A DNA stretch of 64,000 bases from Nitrospirota bacterium (GTDB lineage: Bacteria > Nitrospirota > Nitrospiria > Nitrospirales > Nitrospiraceae). Position 1 is the stretch's first letter; each line of letters starts with the position of its first letter. This document shows positions 60,202 through 64,000 of the stretch, piece by piece. A program made the position numbers and the translations under genes. The notes beneath the pieces were generated by a model. It was not told the origin of the DNA and did not search any database. It saw only the letters and a list, made by a program, of their open reading frames with translations. Where the stretch lies: positions 96,001 to 160,000 of the forward strand of contig CAVPGK010000012.1 in assembly GCA_963703955.1 (NCBI GenBank), read 5' to 3'.

Positions 60202-61878
60202 TCAGCTCGACTCCAATCGGACGAGGATGCCTTCTTCCGGTCCCAGTCTGACCGCCAGCGGATCGAAGCGGCTGCCGGAAGACGCCGGGTCTGTCGAGAG
60301 AAGAATAACGCCGGTTCGCTTCACGGTACTCAGGCCAAACCGTTGGGTTTCTCCGCTGAAGTTGACCGCGATGAGCATGCACTCGCCCATCCCATCCGGC
60401 GTGGACTCCTCGCGGAGGTAGATCACGCAATCGAGTGGCCCGCCCTCTATTTCCTGGTAACGACCGACTGTCAAGGCGGGGGACGCCTTCCTGAAGTGAA
60501 TGAGCCGGCGATAGAGAGACAGAAGCGAATGCGGATCTTGGCTTTCGCGCCCCCAATTGACGGACCGGTAATCAGGCGAGACCGGCAACCACGGCGCGCC
60601 GCTCGTGAATCCTGCCTGTGGCGTCTCATCCCACTGCATCGGAGTCCGGGCGGGATCGCGCCCTGTGAAAAACGGCCAATAGCGGCGCGTATAGGGATCG
60701 TGAAGCTGGCCGTAGCGCAAGCGGACGTCGCGCATGCCTATTTCTTCGCCGTAATAAAGAAACGGTGTGCCGCGCAGTGTGAGCAGCAAGAGCGCCGCCG
60801 CGCGCGCCCGCCGCGCCGTCGTGTTCGGATTTCGGGGCCTGCCGTACCGCGTGTAATGACGCGACTGGTCGTGGTTGCTCAGCACCTGCGTTGGCCACCC
60901 GCCCGGTGGGACCGCCCGATCCCAGTCACGAATGAGTCGCCGGAACCCATTAGCGCCCCAGCGGGATTTCAGCAGCTTGAAGTTGAAGACCAGGTGCAAC
61001 TCATCCGAGCCAGTGCCGTAGAAGGCCGCCGGTCCGCCCGGGGTGTCCGAGGACGCCTCGCCGACCAGCACGGCGTCGGGATACTCTTTCAGCAGGGCAC
61101 GCAGCGCGCGCAACGCTTCATGGGTCATCGGCAAGTCGCGGTCATAGAGGTGAATCTGCCGCTGATACGACCGCAACCCTACCCGCCTAGGATTATTCGG
61201 CCAGGTGACGTCTTTTCCGATCCAATTGATGGCGTCCAGGCGAAACCCGTCTACGCCGCGATCGAGCCAAAACCGGACGGCCTCGAAGATCGCCTGGCGG
61301 ACCTCCGGATTCCGCCAATTCAAATCCGGCTGCTCTGTGAGAAACGAGTGCAGATAATACTGCCCTGTCGCCCTGTCCCACTCCCAGGCCGATCCCCCGA
61401 ACACCGCGCTCCAGTTGCTCGGGCGACCGCCGTCCGGTCCCGGGTCGGCCCAGAGGTACCAATCCCGCTTCGCCGATCGGCGAGAGGATCGGGATTCCAG
61501 AAACCACGGATGCTGATCCGATGTGTGGTTGAGGACCAAGTCCATGAGAAGGCGAATGCCGCGCCGGTGCGCCGCATGAAGCAAGCGATCGAAATCGGCC
61601 AGAGTCCCGAAGCGCGGATCGACGTTACAATAATCGGCGACGTCATAACCGAAGTCTCTCATCGGGGAAGGATAAATGGGCGAGAGCCAGATGGCATCGA
61701 TGCCCAGGGATGTCGGCGAGCCGTCGTTGAGCGAATCCAGCCGGCTGATGATTCCCGGAAGATCGCCGATGCCATCCCCGTTGGAGTCCTGAAAACTCCA
61801 CGGATAGATTTGATAGATAACCGCGCGCTGCCACCAGAGCGGATCGCGCGCCAGTCCGTTCCTCGTTTCTTCCTTCAT
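60202..61878 (-). CDS. GH13 alpha-glucosidase / oligo-1,6-glucosidase family
   Basis: YQIYPWSF.DSNGDGIGD, NHTSDQHPWF, GFRLDA, VGE, SNHD, YYGEEIG. Confidence 0.93.
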   Translation of the reverse strand: MKEETRNGLARDPLWWQRAVIYQIYPWSFQDSNGDGIGDLPGIISRLDSLNDGSPTSLGIDAIWLSPIYPSPMRDFGYDVADYCNVDPRFGTLADFDRLLHAAHRRGIRLLMDLVLNHTSDQHPWFLESRSSRRSAKRDWYLWADPGPDGGRPSNWSAVFGGSAWEWDRATGQYYLHSFLTEQPDLNWRNPEVRQAIFEAVRFWLDRGVDGFRLDAINWIGKDVTWPNNPRRVGLRSYQRQIHLYDRDLPMTHEALRALRALLKEYPDAVLVGEASSDTPGGPAAFYGTGSDELHLVFNFKLLKSRWGANGFRRLIRDWDRAVPPGGWPTQVLSNHDQSRHYTRYGRPRNPNTTARRARAAALLLLTLRGTPFLYYGEEIGMRDVRLRYGQLHDPYTRRYWPFFTGRDPARTPMQWDETPQAGFTSGAPWLPVSPDYRSVNWGRESQDPHSLLSLYRRLIHFRKASPALTVGRYQEIEGGPLDCVIYLREESTPDGMGECMLIAVNFSGETQRFGLSTVKRTGVILLSTDPASSGSRFDPLAVRLGPEEGILVRLESS

Positions 61879-62082
61879 CTATTTACCCTTCGCGTGACCT
61901 TCACCCATAACTATACCAAGGTTCCGAGAGAGCGCGCCTTAGGTGGTCCCCGCCCGGCAGTCCGGGGACAGCTCGGCATCGAAACCTGTTCGGTGCTGTT
62001 CATGAAAAGTCGGGAGAAAAGGGCGATGGCGAGATCAAGCCATTGGGGAAAGTGGTTACGCTAGGAGGACTCGGACACTCGA

Positions 62083-62820
62083 TCACAGTCGTTCCGCCAG
62101 CGTGATCAGACCGGCTTCGGCGTCGCGGTCAGCTTCCGCATAGCGGTCGGGCGTGCCGATATCGGACCAATAGCCGTGCATGGTGAATCCGCTCACCCGC
62201 TCACCCCGTTGAATCTCGCGAACATAGGCATCAATGATCGACGACTCCCGACCCACCGGAACATCTCGGAGCAGCTTCGGGTGCAGAATGTGAATGCCGG
62301 CAAACATTTTCTTGCCGCGAGGGGGAAAAGTCTCCGGCGAAAGTCCACGACCGCCAATTCTCACGAGCCGTTGGTCCTGATCCACCTCGACGGCGCCCCA
62401 ACGGTCTGCATCCACATCGTCTCTCACGACCATCGTGGCCAGCGGACTCCGTTCGCGGTGAAAGGCCAACACAATGCTCAGATTGAGGTCCACCAACGTA
62501 TCTCCGTTCAGCACAAAAAAGGGTTCACCGTGAAAGAATGACTCGGCTTGTTTCAGGCCCCCGCCGGTACCCAGAATGACGGGTTCTTGTGAGTACTGCA
62601 GACGCATGCCGAACTGTGAGCCGTCACCGAGTTCTTTTTCGATCAGATGGCCGAGGTGGTGTAAATTGATGATCACCTCCATCACCCCGTGCTTCCGGAG
62701 CAAGAGGAGATTCCATACGATCAACGGCGTGCCCGCAATCGGCAGGAGTGGCTTGGGAGTCGTATTGGTGAGCGGACGGAGGCGGGTACCGAAACCCGCT
62801 GCCAGGATCATGGCTTTCAT
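62083..62820 (-). CDS. murU: Sugar-phosphate nucleotidyltransferase, probably MurNAc-1P uridylyltransferase
   Basis: MKAMILAAGFGTRLRPLT..TPKPL, NGD, WSDIGTP; adjacent to an amgK-like gene. Confidence 0.75.
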   Translation of the reverse strand: MKAMILAAGFGTRLRPLTNTTPKPLLPIAGTPLIVWNLLLLRKHGVMEVIINLHHLGHLIEKELGDGSQFGMRLQYSQEPVILGTGGGLKQAESFFHGEPFFVLNGDTLVDLNLSIVLAFHRERSPLATMVVRDDVDADRWGAVEVDQDQRLVRIGGRGLSPETFPPRGKKMFAGIHILHPKLLRDVPVGRESSIIDAYVREIQRGERVSGFTMHGYWSDIGTPDRYAEADRDAEAGLITLAERL

Positions 62821-62847
62821 AACACTCTCATTCAGCCTTCCTGATGG

Positions 62848-63930
62848 CTACTGCAACTCCGATACATAGGGCGCGAGGTGCTTTTGGAGTGTCGCCAGTT
62901 CAGGGTATTTCGCCAGATTGCGGCGGACATACCCGAGAACGCGCGGGATATCGGCCAGAAACTTGGGATTCCCCTTCACGCGATCGATGTACACAAAGCG
63001 CCCCGCCGCCTTCAGGTTCCGCTGGATGCTCATGAGGTCGAAGTGCCGCAGAAACGCCGCGCGGTCGGAAAATTCCCGCTCGTGGCCGGCCATGCGATCC
63101 AGATAATACACGATCAGCTCATCAATGAGTGCCTCATCCAGCGCGATATAGGCATCGCGTAGCAATGAGGCCAGATCATACACGGCCGGCCCCATCAGCG
63201 CATCCTGAAAATCAATCACGCCTAACCGCCCACCATCGACCATGAGGTTGCGGGAATGGTAATCCCGGTGGGTGAACACCCGCGGCTGCGCCGCCAGCAG
63301 TTCGGCGATCTTTTGAAACTCGCAGCGCACCGGCTGCTCGTCCCCCGCACGCATCGGTTTCCCCTGTCGAGCCACGACCCCATACTCCAGAAAATGATCG
63401 AACTCCCACATCAGCAGCGGCACATCAAACCCTCGACCGAAGGCGATGCAGGCAGGATTCGCCGGGGCCGTCGCGCGGGTGTGGATCAGAACAAGCGTGT
63501 CGATGGCCTGTCGATACAAGGTGGCGATCATCTCACTCGCTGCCGTCTGGCACGCCTCGGTCAACGTGAGGTCACCGAAATCTTCCAGGTACAGCAATCC
63601 CGCCGTCTGGTCGAAATGATGGAGAACCGGCACCGCGACATCGGCCTTGGCGAGATGATTTAACACGTTGACGAACGGCAGCTCCGTGATGTTCGAAGTA
63701 GCTCTGCTGACCGCCTCCTCCGACTGCTTAAACGCCTCCGGTGAGGCAAGTTGCATCAGAACTAACGATCGAGGCGGACCACCGACCAACTCGAGGCGAA
63801 AGTACCGTCGGTTGGAGGCGTCGCCGGCGAGGGGAGCTAGGGTAATGAGTTCCGCCAAGAAGGGAAGTTTCGTTCGAACCGTCTGGGCGACATGAGTCTG
63901 ATCGGGTGGAGGAGGAACAGCAGGAGTCAT
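62848..63930 (-). CDS. amgK: APH-family sugar kinase, probably anomeric MurNAc/GlcNAc kinase
   Basis: LAGDASNRRYFR, LEDFGD, HRDYHSRNLM, IDFQDA, YDLASLLRD, QRNLKA.G.F. Confidence 0.8.
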   Translation of the reverse strand: MTPAVPPPPDQTHVAQTVRTKLPFLAELITLAPLAGDASNRRYFRLELVGGPPRSLVLMQLASPEAFKQSEEAVSRATSNITELPFVNVLNHLAKADVAVPVLHHFDQTAGLLYLEDFGDLTLTEACQTAASEMIATLYRQAIDTLVLIHTRATAPANPACIAFGRGFDVPLLMWEFDHFLEYGVVARQGKPMRAGDEQPVRCEFQKIAELLAAQPRVFTHRDYHSRNLMVDGGRLGVIDFQDALMGPAVYDLASLLRDAYIALDEALIDELIVYYLDRMAGHEREFSDRAAFLRHFDLMSIQRNLKAAGRFVYIDRVKGNPKFLADIPRVLGYVRRNLAKYPELATLQKHLAPYVSELQ

Positions 63931-64000
63931 CGAAGGGAAATTATACCGATCAGTCTTGATATTGTCACGTTATGGCTTGTCCCTGTGCCCCTTGTCATGA

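Noticed and set aside
60343..62064. Long antisense ORFs (also 50921..52249, 23757..24758, 44055..45158, 483..1220)
   Set aside because: These are shadows of well-supported genes on the opposite strand in GC-rich DNA.

Overview
This window looks like Nitrospira/Nitrospirota DNA. That is inferred from the gene set; there is no rRNA or other marker gene here. Bases 1-25 kb form one co-directional minus-strand respiratory/copper supercluster. It starts with a ~1620-aa MnxG-like multicopper oxidase and three exported paralogues carrying amicyanin-type CxxHxxM loops. Next come HEAT, O-methyltransferase, DUF420, PCP_red, DUF3047 and two Cys-less FGE-family proteins. It ends with two CydA-like 'bd-like' oxidase subunits (no cydB), membrane c-type cytochromes and a diheme-c/EbdC-like candidate NxrC-type subunit. 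Two 39-40 aa membrane micro-ORFs missed by the ORF track sit directly behind a perfect TTGACA-17-TATAAT promoter at the head of the oxidase operon. The rest of the window is housekeeping and accessory genes: KimA-like APC permease, two MscS-like channels, gltBD, ispB, DUF1015, an NtrC-type regulator, copA, AsmA, DUF72, a GH13 glucosidase and amgK-murU. The most striking non-coding signal is a dispersed repeat family. Each unit has a C-rich leader plus a hairpin with a nearly invariant CCAAGA loop and compensatory stem changes (12 hairpins at 5 loci). It forms two mosaic arrays, is linked to a 125-bp MITE-like element, and has one exact 42-nt copy translated in frame inside copA. Many genes carry single-base frameshifts (dense in gltBD), most likely long-read consensus errors. 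No CRISPR, tRNA, rRNA or transposase was recognised.
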